DNA of 64,000 nt from a virus, in the IMG/VR virus record IMGVR_UViG_3300044839_000009, positions 1 to 64,000 of that record; one strand, 5' to 3'. A program made the position numbers and the translations under genes. Every line of letters begins with the position of its first letter. Positions within the stretch are counted from its first letter, which is position 1. Under the pieces are notes generated by a model. The model had not been told where the DNA came from and did no database searches. It worked only from the letters and a program-made list of their open reading frames with translations. Positions 27,643 to 37,641 of the stretch are shown here, piece by piece.

Positions 27643-28034
27643 GTGACGCGGCCGATCTCCTCCATGACGCGGTTGAGGATGACCATGGGGAGCTTCGCGA
27701 CGTTCTCTGCGGTGACCTTGCCGAGGCGGGGCTGTGTGCCGCCTTCGAGGCGGGCGAGGATGTCGGCGGGGTCGGCATCGGGGTCGATGTCGAGGCTGTC
27801 GCCAGGGCTGAACGCCTCGTAGACCTTCCAGGCGACGATGAGACCAGCCATCATTTTGTAGCCGGCGTCATTGGCGGCCTTCGGGTCGACGGGCTCGCCG
27901 TTCTCCTTGAGTTCGACGTCCTCAGGGGTGAGGTCGGCGGGCGGCAGGAGCTGCGGGTTCTTCATGAGTACAGAGCAGCCTTCGCCCAGGTCGGGAAAGG
28001 CCATCAGTACATACGGGTTGGTGTAGCCCGGCAT
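27630..28034 (-). CDS. Tail assembly chaperone
   Basis: Between the tail tube and tape measure genes; ends at the slippery site. Confidence 0.75.
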   Translation of the reverse strand: MPGYTNPYVLMAFPDLGEGCSVLMKNPQLLPPADLTPEDVELKENGEPVDPKAANDAGYKMMAGLIVAWKVYEAFSPGDSLDIDPDADPADILARLEGGTQPRLGKVTAENVAKLPMVILNRVMEEIGRVTNPQ

Positions 28035-28139
28035 GGGTGGTTCTCCTAGCGGGTGAGGGCGTTGAGGGCGTGGACCCTGGCCGTGCCGCGACGCCCTCAC
28101 GCACGACACAGCCAGGGAGTAGAAAAGCGCAGGTCAGGG

Positions 28140-29297
28140 CTAGTACGCCGCCGAAACGTAGTTCTTCAGGATGGCCTGCACAGACCCGGAGTCGGTGGTG
28201 TTGTAGACGCCGTTGATCTCGAAGTCGGCCTGCACGTAGGTGCCGGACACGTCGGGCTTGCCCTTCGACCAGCCGCCCTGCGTCGTGGTGATCGTCAGGG
28301 ATGCGCCGCCCGCGTCGACGCCCGCGCCGATGGGCTGGACCAGGGCCATGCTGGTCGGGTTGCCCTGGAGCGCGTTGAGGTACAGGTTGTAGTCCGCGTC
28401 CGACTCGTAGATCGCCTTGTAGGTGATGTCCGCATCGAGGACGCCGGTGAACACTTCGCGGGGCTGCTGGCTGCCGTTGCTGGCGTGGATGGCCTCGCCC
28501 GGGCGCTTGAGCGCCAGGTCGTAGGACAGGCCGCGCGTACTGGTGGCGCCGGCGTTGGTCATGGCGAACTGCCAGCCGAGGAACGGCGGCGGCTCGCTGA
28601 ACGCGGGGGTCGCACTTTGGACCGAGCCGATCCAGCCGATGTACTTGGCGCCGACGGTGGCGATGCCCTTCGGGTCGACCTTGAGGGAGACGTCGGTCAG
28701 CATGCAGCCCGGGTAGCCCCAGGCCTCGAACGCGTTGTGCTGGGTGAGGCTGTAGGTGGGCTTGGCGGCGGACGCGGACTGCTTGAAGGTGTGGGTGGTC
28801 TGGCTGAGGACGGCGACGGCCGAGGTGTGGGCGAACGTCAGGCCGCCCGCGGGGGTGACGATGGGGATGGTGAACGGTCCCACGCCAGTGGGGGTGCCTG
28901 TGGTGGCGTACTCGATCTTGGCGCCGGTGTCGATCTGGATGGTGGAGCCGAGCGGGATCGTCGCGGCCGTGGTGATTGACGTGGCGCCCGCGGTCGTCGA
29001 CGCCGACAGGGTCGTCGTCACGCCCGGGGTGACAGTGTCGGGGCCGATGATCCGCAGCGCGTAGCCGACCGAGTCGGGGTAGGCGTTCCACTCCAGGTCG
29101 ACCGTCGAGTCCCCGGCGCCCTGGTACAGGCCCTGCAGGTTCGAGTCGTTGTTGCGGTACGACTCGTCACGCAGCGGGTCGTAGCCGATCTCGAAGTCCA
29201 GCTTCGTGCACGGCAGGTAGTACGTGGGGGTCAGCCACGTTCCCTGGGTGGCTTCCTTGGCCAGGCCCACATATGCGAGCCGCCCGAGAAGGGTCAT
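28140..29297 (-). CDS. Major tail (tube) protein
   Basis: YVGLAKEATQGT N-terminus, YPGCMLTDVSLK; gene order. Confidence 0.8.
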   Translation of the reverse strand: MTLLGRLAYVGLAKEATQGTWLTPTYYLPCTKLDFEIGYDPLRDESYRNNDSNLQGLYQGAGDSTVDLEWNAYPDSVGYALRIIGPDTVTPGVTTTLSASTTAGATSITTAATIPLGSTIQIDTGAKIEYATTGTPTGVGPFTIPIVTPAGGLTFAHTSAVAVLSQTTHTFKQSASAAKPTYSLTQHNAFEAWGYPGCMLTDVSLKVDPKGIATVGAKYIGWIGSVQSATPAFSEPPPFLGWQFAMTNAGATSTRGLSYDLALKRPGEAIHASNGSQQPREVFTGVLDADITYKAIYESDADYNLYLNALQGNPTSMALVQPIGAGVDAGGASLTITTTQGGWSKGKPDVSGTYVQADFEINGVYNTTDSGSVQAILKNYVSAAY

Positions 29298-29548
29298 CGC
29301 GGCTCACCTCCTTCGGTGTCCGCCGCGGTCGCCCGCCGGGTCTTGGTGGTGGTCTTGGGCTGCGGCGCCTCGTCGGCGGCAGGCTGCTCGGGTTCGTCGT
29401 CGACGGGTGTCCAGCCGTCGAGGAGCACGGGGTGTTCGTGGACCTCGCCGACCTCGACCCGGACGGGCGGCTCGCTGGCGAACGTCCAGGCGCTGCCGGT
29501 TGTGTTGCGTTGACGGACGGGCGGCTGTTCGGTGGGGTCGGGGCTCAC
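29294..29548 (-). CDS. Small virion-operon protein
   Basis: AGGAG RBS; ATGA overlap with the tail tube gene. Confidence 0.55.
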   Translation of the reverse strand: MSPDPTEQPPVRQRNTTGSAWTFASEPPVRVEVGEVHEHPVLLDGWTPVDDEPEQPAADEAPQPKTTTKTRRATAADTEGGEPR

Positions 29549-29624
29549 GGTGGACTCCTGCGACAGGGAGGGGGCATGGAAAAGGCCCCCGCGAGACGGG
29601 AGCCGAAGGAGAGGGAGGGGCAGG

Positions 29625-30146
29625 TCAGGACGTGTAGTCCTTGTCGTCCGCCTGGTAGGTGATGGTTGCGCTCAGGTCGGCCTTGGCGAGCATCGACTGC
29701 TCCGGATCGGCGAAGTCGACGGCGATGGCGTTGGGGTCCTGGGCGACGCTCATGAAGCGGGCGCCGTGCGTCTTGTCGAGCGGGAACGTGAGGACCGGCC
29801 CGCTGATCCGCCGAAGGACCAGCTCGACCGCGGCGTCGAAGTCCCGCTGTACGGATTCGGCTTGGCCGGACGGTGACGACTGCGGCCAGTACAGGCGCAG
29901 CACGAACGGATAGTGGTTGATCATCCGGTTGAAGCCGAAGCGCTCCGCCCGGATCTGTCCGCGCGTCACATACAGTCGCCGCTGGCGTTGCGCCGGGGTG
30001 CGTGGCACATACGCCTGCACCACATCGAACGGTCCGCCGTAGGCCGTCAGCAGCCCCGGTAGGCCGTCCGTGGCGTCGTAGGCGGCCAGCCATGCCGCCT
30101 CGCGATCGACGGCGTCAGCACTGCTCACCAGATCCGGAGTGCTCAC
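29625..30146 (-). CDS. Probable tail terminator
   Basis: Position before the tail tube gene; size. Confidence 0.55.
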   Translation of the reverse strand: MSTPDLVSSADAVDREAAWLAAYDATDGLPGLLTAYGGPFDVVQAYVPRTPAQRQRRLYVTRGQIRAERFGFNRMINHYPFVLRLYWPQSSPSGQAESVQRDFDAAVELVLRRISGPVLTFPLDKTHGARFMSVAQDPNAIAVDFADPEQSMLAKADLSATITYQADDKDYTS

Positions 30147-30158
30147 CAGCCACCACCC

Positions 30159-30833
30159 TCACGTGCGCTGGTAGTTGCAGAGGATCTTCTCCGCCTGCGC
30201 GGAAAGCGCCCCCGGATCGTGGGAGAACTGCGTACCGGCAGGGTCGATCTCGCCCAGCACCAGCGAGGCGGTGAGCAGCTTGCAGGCGCGCATCAGGTCG
30301 GCCGGCACGGTGGTGTAGCCGCCGTCGTAGGTGACGCGGATCAGCGAACCGGGGGGCAGGAACGTGCCGAGCTGGAACCAGATGTGACCGGAGTCCGGCT
30401 CAGCGCCGACGATCTGCGCCGGCGCGATCTTCTGCGAACCGCCATAGGACTGGAAGATCGTCACCGTCAGGTTGGCGTAGGTCCACATCTCCGGGTAGCG
30501 GGGCGCGAACTCATTCAGCCACACATGCCGGACCAGATCGGTGCCAGTGCCGCCCATCGCCGAGGCGTAGGACGCGCCGACGGTGGCCTGCAAGCTCATC
30601 GGCATGTCCGTGCCGCCGGACAGTTCGTCCGGGTCGATGCCGGTGGCCCGGTGGGTTTCCGGCACGCTGGCGAACGGTGCGAGCCGGCGTCCGGCGATGC
30701 CCTCACACTGGCGAGTCGCCTCGCCCATCAGCGTGCTGAGGGCGTCGGGCGCGTAGTCGCGGACCAGGTCGGCGAACTGCCCGGTCTGCATGTCCGCCGA
30801 CGTCGCGAGCGGGACCGGGGAGTCCGCGGTCAT
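30159..30833 (-). CDS. Head-tail adaptor
   Basis: IRVTYDGGYTTVPADLMRAC motif; position after the capsid genes. Confidence 0.75.
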   Translation of the reverse strand: MTADSPVPLATSADMQTGQFADLVRDYAPDALSTLMGEATRQCEGIAGRRLAPFASVPETHRATGIDPDELSGGTDMPMSLQATVGASYASAMGGTGTDLVRHVWLNEFAPRYPEMWTYANLTVTIFQSYGGSQKIAPAQIVGAEPDSGHIWFQLGTFLPPGSLIRVTYDGGYTTVPADLMRACKLLTASLVLGEIDPAGTQFSHDPGALSAQAEKILCNYQRT

Positions 30834-30836
30834 CGG

Positions 30837-31202
30837 CTACTCCTCGACGGGTGCGGGCTTGCGGGCGGACGTCTTGCGGGCCGCGGCCTTCTTCGCCGCG
30901 GGCTTGGCCTCCGGCTCGGGCTCGGCGGCCGGTTCACCCTCCGGCGCGTCGGGGTCGATCTCCGACAGCTCCGGGGTTTCACCGCTGTCCGGCTCCGGCT
31001 CGGGTTCGGGATCCGGGGCGACCTGGGGATCCTCGGCCAGCTCTGCATCGGCCGGGGTGTCGACGACGGAGAAACCGCCGTCCGGGATGGCCAGCAGGAT
31101 GACAGCCTGCTCGTAGGGCACCGGGACGACCGCGCCGTCCTCGGGCCACGTGTTGCCGAAGCTGTCGGCTCCGGCCTGGGACTTGTGGACGTTGACGTCC
31201 AT
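30837..31202 (-). CDS. Acidic low-complexity head-associated protein
   Basis: Follows the major capsid gene; PE/AE-rich with a basic tail. Confidence 0.55.
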   Translation of the reverse strand: MDVNVHKSQAGADSFGNTWPEDGAVVPVPYEQAVILLAIPDGGFSVVDTPADAELAEDPQVAPDPEPEPEPDSGETPELSEIDPDAPEGEPAAEPEPEAKPAAKKAAARKTSARKPAPVEE

Positions 31203-31270
31203 GAGTGCGCCTCCTTGGCGCCGCACGGGACCGCGGCGAGCAGCAGCGGTCCCGTGCGGGGTTGGAACGG

Positions 31271-32638
31271 TCAGAGGCTCGGAGACACGCGGGCGAGCCG
31301 GCCGAGATACTTCTGCGCCCGCACAGCAAGGGTCGTGTCGCTGACCAGGGCGAACGGCAGGCTGTCCGGCGAAGTCGCGGTCGGGTAGACATCCAGGGGG
31401 ATGGCCTCGCGAACCCGGGGGCGGACCACGAAGTTCCGGTCACGGGACATCAGGTAGATGTTCTCGTGGCCGGTCGCCGGCGGCAGCATCGACGCGTTGG
31501 TGCCGACGTAGGTCGCCGGGGGGTTCGCCGGGGCGGTGGCGCCGTTCTTCGGGGTCAGCTTGGCGCCGTCGTCCACGATCGAGGTGGTGAGGATCGGGGT
31601 GATGCCGTCGGCGGCGAGTCCGACAGTGGCGTCGACGTAGCCGAGGAACGTCTCGGTGTTGGTCGCGGTGGCCCGGTAGACCTTGTACAGGATGGGCTGC
31701 GCGCCCTCCAGGCCGGTCGGGGTCGAGAACGACAGGGTGACGGTCGAGGTGGCGCCGGTGGTGACCTGGGAGACCTCAGTGGAGACGGGGATCTCGCCCT
31801 GGCGTGCGACGACCGCCGACACCTTGTAGTAGTAGGTCGCCGCGGCGAGGGTGCCGCCGGTGGTGGCGGTCGCCGAGCTGACGGTGCCCATCGAGAAGCC
31901 GCGGCCCTGCAGGAAGCTGGACTTGATGATGGGGATGTTGCGGTAGGTCGGCACGATCAGACCGGCGGCGATCTCCGTCTTGTCGGCGAACCACTGGTTG
32001 GCCTGCAGCAGCTGCGACAGCTTGCTGTTCGCGCTGGAGCTCATCACGAACATCCAGCTCGAGTCGAACACCTGCATGGCGGCGTTCGTCTCGACCATGT
32101 CGATCAGCTGGTCGAGGTGGCGCAGGGCCAGGGTCGCGCCGGCCTCGTCGATGGCGTTCTGGTTGCTGCCGGAGAACGTCGAGATCTGGCTGTCGAGGCC
32201 GTCGAACTGGGGCTGTGCGCCGGACAGGGTGGAGGTGGCGTTGCCCCACAGGAGGGCGGTCTCCATGTCCCAGTAGGTGCCCTTGATGGCGCCGTCGACT
32301 TCGGACTGACGCAGGTTGCCGATGACGTCCTGGGTGACGGCCTGCGCGTAGCCGGTGACGCCGCCGACGACCTGCAGGTGCTTCATGGCGAAGTTGGACT
32401 GCACGTAGGTGCTGTTGGCCATGACGGTCGCGCCACCGTCGATGACGAAGCCGCCGGACGCGTTCTGGGTGCGCTGGTTGAACGTGTAGATGTCCGCGTT
32501 CCACGGGATCGACGGGATGGAGCGCACCAGCGGCGAGTAGCGGCGCTGGTACTCGACCAGAACGGGGTCGATGACCTTCGGGACGAGGGCGGAGGCTCCG
32601 GCGGCTGTCAGCGCCTCGCGGAGTTCGGTGTTGGTCAC
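31271..32638 (-). CDS. Major capsid protein with an inserted Ig/FN3-like domain
   Basis: LVPKVID, METALLWG, QFDGL; insert TYYYKVSAV...YKVYR. Confidence 0.85.
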   Translation of the reverse strand: MTNTELREALTAAGASALVPKVIDPVLVEYQRRYSPLVRSIPSIPWNADIYTFNQRTQNASGGFVIDGGATVMANSTYVQSNFAMKHLQVVGGVTGYAQAVTQDVIGNLRQSEVDGAIKGTYWDMETALLWGNATSTLSGAQPQFDGLDSQISTFSGSNQNAIDEAGATLALRHLDQLIDMVETNAAMQVFDSSWMFVMSSSANSKLSQLLQANQWFADKTEIAAGLIVPTYRNIPIIKSSFLQGRGFSMGTVSSATATTGGTLAAATYYYKVSAVVARQGEIPVSTEVSQVTTGATSTVTLSFSTPTGLEGAQPILYKVYRATATNTETFLGYVDATVGLAADGITPILTTSIVDDGAKLTPKNGATAPANPPATYVGTNASMLPPATGHENIYLMSRDRNFVVRPRVREAIPLDVYPTATSPDSLPFALVSDTTLAVRAQKYLGRLARVSPSL

Positions 32639-32780
32639 GGTGATGCCTCTCTAAGCAGCTGGGTATGGCGAAGCCCCGCACCACAGGGGTGGGCGGGGCC
32701 GGGTGACCATTTCTGCCGAGCGGCACCAGCAGGGCTGGCGGTCCAGGGTGAGGTGCCCGGCGACTGCCGGGCGGGGTGGG

Positions 32781-34556
32781 TCAGCCGCGGGTGCGGGCGC
32801 CGAAGACGTGCTGCTCCAGAGCGGGCCCGAAGTACTGGGCGCGCTCCTCGTCGGTGTAGGTGTGCGCGGGCTTGTCGGGCCAGTCGGCAGGCATGCCATG
32901 CCCGTTGAGGCCGCCGCCCTGACCGGCCGGGGCGGAGTGCTCGGTGACGGGAACGGCGAGGCCCTTGCGGGTCGGCGGGCCCTGGCGCTCGACGTGCTCC
33001 TGGATGGCCTGCGGCATGGCGGCGGCGATGCCTTCGGAGACGAGGCGGGCGATGCGCTGGTCGTCGGTCTCAGCGACCGCGACGGGGGCGGCTTCGGCGA
33101 CCGGTGCGGCCGGGGCCGACTCGGTCGTCGGGGCTGGGGCCATCTTGGTGACGAGGCCGGTGATGGCGTCGGTGAGCTTGTCGAACTTCGCCGACAGGGC
33201 GTCGAGGCCGCTGTCGGTGCCCGGGGTCTCGGCCGCCGGGGTGGGGGTGGACTCCGCCATGGCGGGCTCCTTCTCCTGGGTGGGGGTTTCGGCGGCCGGG
33301 GTTTCCGGTGCCGGGGTCTGGGGGGCGGTCTCCATGGCGTCGTCGTCCTCGGCCATGCAGTGGACGCACGACTCGCAGCCGCACGGGCAGGCGCCCGGGA
33401 CGGCGGGGATCGCGCAGCCGCAGTTGCAGGGGCACGGCGCGCCGGCGGCGGTCGCGGTGCCGTCTCCGCTGCCCATGTCGTCGTCGGTGTCCTCACCGGG
33501 CGCGCCGGGGACGTCGATGTCGCCATCCATGTCCGGGTCGATCTGGGCGGCTGCACCCAGGGCGCCGGCCATGGCCGAACGGCCGACGCTCATGAGGTCG
33601 TGCGCGTCAAGGAGCGTGGACGACACGGTTACGGTCGTTGGCCCATTCGTGAGGGAGACGTACAGACTGCCCTGCGGCGACGCGACGTCCATGTCCCAGC
33701 ACTCCGCGAGCGCCTCGGTCACTGCGGTGGCCGGGTCGATCAGCCATCCCTCCGCAGTTGCCACGGTCACCCCGAACGACTTCAGGGCCTTGGTGATGCG
33801 CTGCTTGATGCGCTTGAGCTGCGCGGACGTGTAGAGGCGGGCGTTGTCTGCCTGACCGACGAAGGCCCAAGCGCTCTTGGCGTGAGCCTTCGTGTCGACG
33901 GGATACCGCTTCTTCTTGTCCTTCTGGTAGCCGGGGTCGGCGTACACCACATCGCCGTAGGGCTTGCTGGTGTCACCGCCCGCGTCCGCTTCTTCGATGG
34001 TCGCTGTCACCAGCGCCTCCTGAACTGACTCGGTGATCAGCACCCGACCATCGGATGCGGATTCCGCAGGCGATGTGCCGGCGGGAGTGAACGTGTCGAT
34101 CGCAGCGCCGGGGACGCCGGGCTTCCTCGTGAAGTCCAACCCGTCGATTTCCAGATCACTCCCGGCCTCTTGAGGCTGACCGTCGGGGCCAATCTCGCGG
34201 CGCACCTTGCCGATCCAGGCGCCCCGGATGGATACGCCCTTGAGGAAGGCGGGGGTGCCACGGGGATCGATGAGGGAGGCGATCTTCCTGCCCTCGTCGG
34301 TGTCGGCGATCTGCGCGGCGAAGCGAGCTGACCCGTCGTCGGCGAGCGACACCGACGAGAGGAGCCCGACGATGCATCGGGAGTCATCGTCGGCGCTATG
34401 GGAGGTGAGCATCACGGCCGGGTTGGTGCCGGTGGCGATCCGTTCGGAGAGTCGGGCCACTGCCTTCGCGATCACGTCGGGCGAGTAGTAGCGGCCGTTC
34501 TTGCTGATGCCCGGTACGAGGGCGGTTCCTTCGATGGTGGCGATCGACTTGACCAC
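32781..34556 (-). CDS. Prohead protease/scaffold fusion with a DUF6582-like segment
   Basis: SKNGRYY, H, GVSIRG, GLDFTRKPG; YADPGYQKDKKKRYPVDT; acidic scaffold tail. Confidence 0.8.
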   Translation of the reverse strand: MVKSIATIEGTALVPGISKNGRYYSPDVIAKAVARLSERIATGTNPAVMLTSHSADDDSRCIVGLLSSVSLADDGSARFAAQIADTDEGRKIASLIDPRGTPAFLKGVSIRGAWIGKVRREIGPDGQPQEAGSDLEIDGLDFTRKPGVPGAAIDTFTPAGTSPAESASDGRVLITESVQEALVTATIEEADAGGDTSKPYGDVVYADPGYQKDKKKRYPVDTKAHAKSAWAFVGQADNARLYTSAQLKRIKQRITKALKSFGVTVATAEGWLIDPATAVTEALAECWDMDVASPQGSLYVSLTNGPTTVTVSSTLLDAHDLMSVGRSAMAGALGAAAQIDPDMDGDIDVPGAPGEDTDDDMGSGDGTATAAGAPCPCNCGCAIPAVPGACPCGCESCVHCMAEDDDAMETAPQTPAPETPAAETPTQEKEPAMAESTPTPAAETPGTDSGLDALSAKFDKLTDAITGLVTKMAPAPTTESAPAAPVAEAAPVAVAETDDQRIARLVSEGIAAAMPQAIQEHVERQGPPTRKGLAVPVTEHSAPAGQGGGLNGHGMPADWPDKPAHTYTDEERAQYFGPALEQHVFGARTRG

Positions 34557-34560
34557 AGGG

Positions 34561-34968
34561 TCACCTCCCGATCAGGGCGATTGACGTCTGCGGGTACATC
34601 GGCGTGGTGCCGCCGAGGGTCCAGGTGACGCGGCACCAGTGCGGCAGGACGAGGGCGGCGCTGCTGGTGGTGACGTTCGGCATATGGAGGCCGAGGTAGG
34701 CGGTGCCGCGTCCTGCGACCGTGGTGAGCTGAGTGATTTTCGCGATGGACGGGTACCAGTTGCCGTCCGGGTCCTGGATGTCGATCTGGACGTCCAGGGT
34801 TGGGGTGGTGCCGGTCGGGGTGCCGGTCACGTTGACCATGAGGGCGAGGTCGGTGGTGCCTTCGCAGGTGATCGCCCCGCTGTTGCCGGTCGCGGTCAGG
34901 GTGGTGCTCGTTGTCGCGGCTCCGGCCAGGTTCCACAGCACCCGAGCGATCGGGTGGTACATCGACAT
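34561..34968 (-). CDS. Small beta-rich virion protein
   Basis: VTGTPTGTTPTLDVQI...RVTWTLGGTTP. Confidence 0.6.
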   Translation of the reverse strand: MSMYHPIARVLWNLAGAATTSTTLTATGNSGAITCEGTTDLALMVNVTGTPTGTTPTLDVQIDIQDPDGNWYPSIAKITQLTTVAGRGTAYLGLHMPNVTTSSAALVLPHWCRVTWTLGGTTPMYPQTSIALIGR

Positions 34969-34995
34969 GCGCCCTCCTCGGGCCGTAGAAGAGGG

Positions 34996-35976
34996 TTAGC
35001 TGAACCAGTTGGCGAAGCTCGCCAGGCTGACATCTGCGGCATAGCAGCAGCGGCACGCAGGGTGGGTTGGAAGGCGCGGCACGTCGGCGGTGTGCCACGG
35101 GCTTCCGGTCTCATAGCCGAGGCAGGACTCGCAGACTCTGCCATCGCCTGCCGTGATGACGTCGACGCCGCTGACGCCCTCGGATCGGTACAGGTCGAGA
35201 GCGCCTTGGTCGGCTGCGGTGGTCATTGCCCAGTCGACGACGAACGCCACGGCTTCCGCGTCGCTGGAGGTGAGGACGTCCATGGCGGCGTCGATCATCT
35301 CGTCGCGGGAGGATCCGTCTTCGGCGCCCTGCGCGAGGACTCGGCCGAGGTCGGCGGCGGCCCGGTCAATGGTCCGTCCGAGCCATCCGCCGGTGTCGGC
35401 CCAGATCTCGTCGAGGCGTTCCAGCGAGTCGTAGGCGTGCTGGAACGCGATGTTCCAGTCGAGGCCGATGCGGCTGGCGCGCTCTGCCGCGATGGCGACG
35501 GCGTTGACCATTCCTTCGGCGCGGCCTGCTGCGATGGCGTCGCGCAGGAGGTTGCGGAGCTTGGAGAAGCCTGTGAGGTCGGCCAGTGCATGCAGCATGT
35601 TCGTGGCTGCGGCGAGGGCTTCGGCGCGGATGCTGGCCTTGTCCTGGTCGGCCTCATGGAGTCCGGCGTTCTGCCGGAACCTGTCGACCGTCGCGGCGAT
35701 GGCATCCCGGTCGATGAGGTCCCGCCACACGGCGGCCACCAGCGGCACGTGCTTGGCCTGCTGCTCCTCACGGCGTTGGAAGAGGAGCGCCCACATGCCT
35801 TCGAGCTTGCCGAGATCGATGGTGACTTCGAGGATCCGCGGATCCTCGGCGTGCTCGACGGCGAGTTGAACGGCGGCGGTGCAGGCGGCCCGTACCCGTT
35901 CCGTCATCGGGCCGCCGGAGACTGCCCAGCCGGCGGCGAACGCCTCACGGGTTGGCCCCTCGATGGGATGCGCCAC
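34996..35976 (-). CDS. MuF-like head morphogenesis protein
   Basis: DGRVCESC...PTHPACRC; follows the portal gene. Confidence 0.8.
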   Translation of the reverse strand: MAHPIEGPTREAFAAGWAVSGGPMTERVRAACTAAVQLAVEHAEDPRILEVTIDLGKLEGMWALLFQRREEQQAKHVPLVAAVWRDLIDRDAIAATVDRFRQNAGLHEADQDKASIRAEALAAATNMLHALADLTGFSKLRNLLRDAIAAGRAEGMVNAVAIAAERASRIGLDWNIAFQHAYDSLERLDEIWADTGGWLGRTIDRAAADLGRVLAQGAEDGSSRDEMIDAAMDVLTSSDAEAVAFVVDWAMTTAADQGALDLYRSEGVSGVDVITAGDGRVCESCLGYETGSPWHTADVPRLPTHPACRCCYAADVSLASFANWFS

Positions 35977-36063
35977 AGCACCCCCTACGATCAGCCGATC
36001 CGCTTCTTGATGAGCGCCGGTACGTCTTTGGCCCGCAGCGGGTGCGGCGGTTCGGGTGGCGGT

Positions 36064-37641
36064 TCAGGCGGCACGCTCATCGACACCTCCGGGCAGGGTG
36101 GCTAGCGCCTCGCGGAGCCTCGCTTTGTATCGGGCGTGCAGCGACTCGACGGGCGGGGGCTCCGGCTCTGGCTTTGCGGGCTCGGCCGGCTTCCCCGGTG
36201 GCGCCTTGCCTGCGAACGTCGCGAGCTGCGGCGGCACCGGTGCCGGCTCGGGCTTTTCCACGGCGATCGGCTCGCCATGCGCTGGCGCGGCTGGCTCCAG
36301 AGCGGTTCCTCGGAGCTTGTTCGCGACGAACGCCTTAGATGCGGCGTCCATGTCGGCCCACTTCACCAAGTTGGCGCGGTCGATGAGCACCGGCTGGTCG
36401 CCACCCTCGACCGGGGGTTCGCCGATGTCGGCGCGGGCCCGGTTGAGGGTCCATTCGCCGTTGCGGATCCGCATGTCGCGGATGTCCTCGACGGTCTTGG
36501 AGTCCCGCATGTCGACGTCCTTGAACTGGATCTTCCAGCCTTCGATGCCGAATCCGAGCTTCGCCAGATGCCAGTTCAGGGCCTCCAGGACCAGTTCGGC
36601 GATGGGCTGGCAGGTGTTGACTCGGAACGTCTTGTCCTGCTCCTCACCTGTGCCCCCACCCAGGTTCCCGGACTCGATGACGCCGACCTTCGCCGGGGGT
36701 ACGCCGTAGCAGGACAGGATCTCGTCACGGCGCTGGTCGAGGTACTTGATGTAGTCGACGGTGCGCGAGGTCGACAGTTCCTTGACGCCCGCGCCGCCCT
36801 TGGTGGTGATCGGGACCCCGATGTTTTTCGGCCCGACGTTGCGGGTCATGTACTGGGCGGTCCACTTGTTCATCTCGCCCTGGGACGTCCCGGCGGGATG
36901 GTCGGCCCAGATCTGCGGCGGGTTGCCCTTCCGGAAGATTTCCTTCGCCGTGGCAGCGCCGAACAGGTAGCCGGTGATCGGGAGCATCGCAGCCTGCGTC
37001 GGCGACACGCCGAAGATGCTGGACCGCGGCGAGTCCAGCGAGATGTGGATGACCTCGCGCGGATCGAACTCCGCCCGCTGGCCAATCTCCGTGAGCTGCA
37101 CGTACCGGATGACCTGCCCATGCGCGTCCGTGATGGGCAGCATGCTCGGGCAGTCCAGCGAGTACAGGGCCACGGGCTGCGCGCCGACCCACACGACCTC
37201 GAGGTAGGCGTCGCCGAACACTTCCAGGTCGGCGATGACTCCCCGCAGAATCTTGGTGATCGATTCACTCGGGTTGCAGTACGCCAGCATCCGCTCCAGC
37301 GCGATGACCTCGGCGGGCTTCGGCGGCTGCTCCTCCTCCGCGCCCTCCGTGGGCTCCCACTGCATGACGAGGCCGCCGGCCGTGATGGTGCGGGCGATCG
37401 CGTTGACGCAGGCCCACGCCCACGGGCATGCAAGGTAGGCGTCATTGAGCTGGGTCAGAAGTGAGCGGCGGTCCGAGCCGGTTGAGGCGCCGAGACCCTG
37501 GTCCCACTCGGACAGGCCGCCGGTGCCGACGCCGTACTCGAAGCCCGTCCGGTCCGGAAGCCTCTCGGGTGTCGACCTGGCGGTCTCCGTGACTTCCGCA
37601 TCGGCGCCGGTGACACTCTGCCACCAGGTCTTGAGACTCAT
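36064..37641 (-). CDS. Portal protein
   Basis: DLEVFGDAY, EVIH, GVSP, EILSCYGVPPAKVG, TLNRAR. Confidence 0.92.
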   Translation of the reverse strand: MSLKTWWQSVTGADAEVTETARSTPERLPDRTGFEYGVGTGGLSEWDQGLGASTGSDRRSLLTQLNDAYLACPWAWACVNAIARTITAGGLVMQWEPTEGAEEEQPPKPAEVIALERMLAYCNPSESITKILRGVIADLEVFGDAYLEVVWVGAQPVALYSLDCPSMLPITDAHGQVIRYVQLTEIGQRAEFDPREVIHISLDSPRSSIFGVSPTQAAMLPITGYLFGAATAKEIFRKGNPPQIWADHPAGTSQGEMNKWTAQYMTRNVGPKNIGVPITTKGGAGVKELSTSRTVDYIKYLDQRRDEILSCYGVPPAKVGVIESGNLGGGTGEEQDKTFRVNTCQPIAELVLEALNWHLAKLGFGIEGWKIQFKDVDMRDSKTVEDIRDMRIRNGEWTLNRARADIGEPPVEGGDQPVLIDRANLVKWADMDAASKAFVANKLRGTALEPAAPAHGEPIAVEKPEPAPVPPQLATFAGKAPPGKPAEPAKPEPEPPPVESLHARYKARLREALATLPGGVDERAA

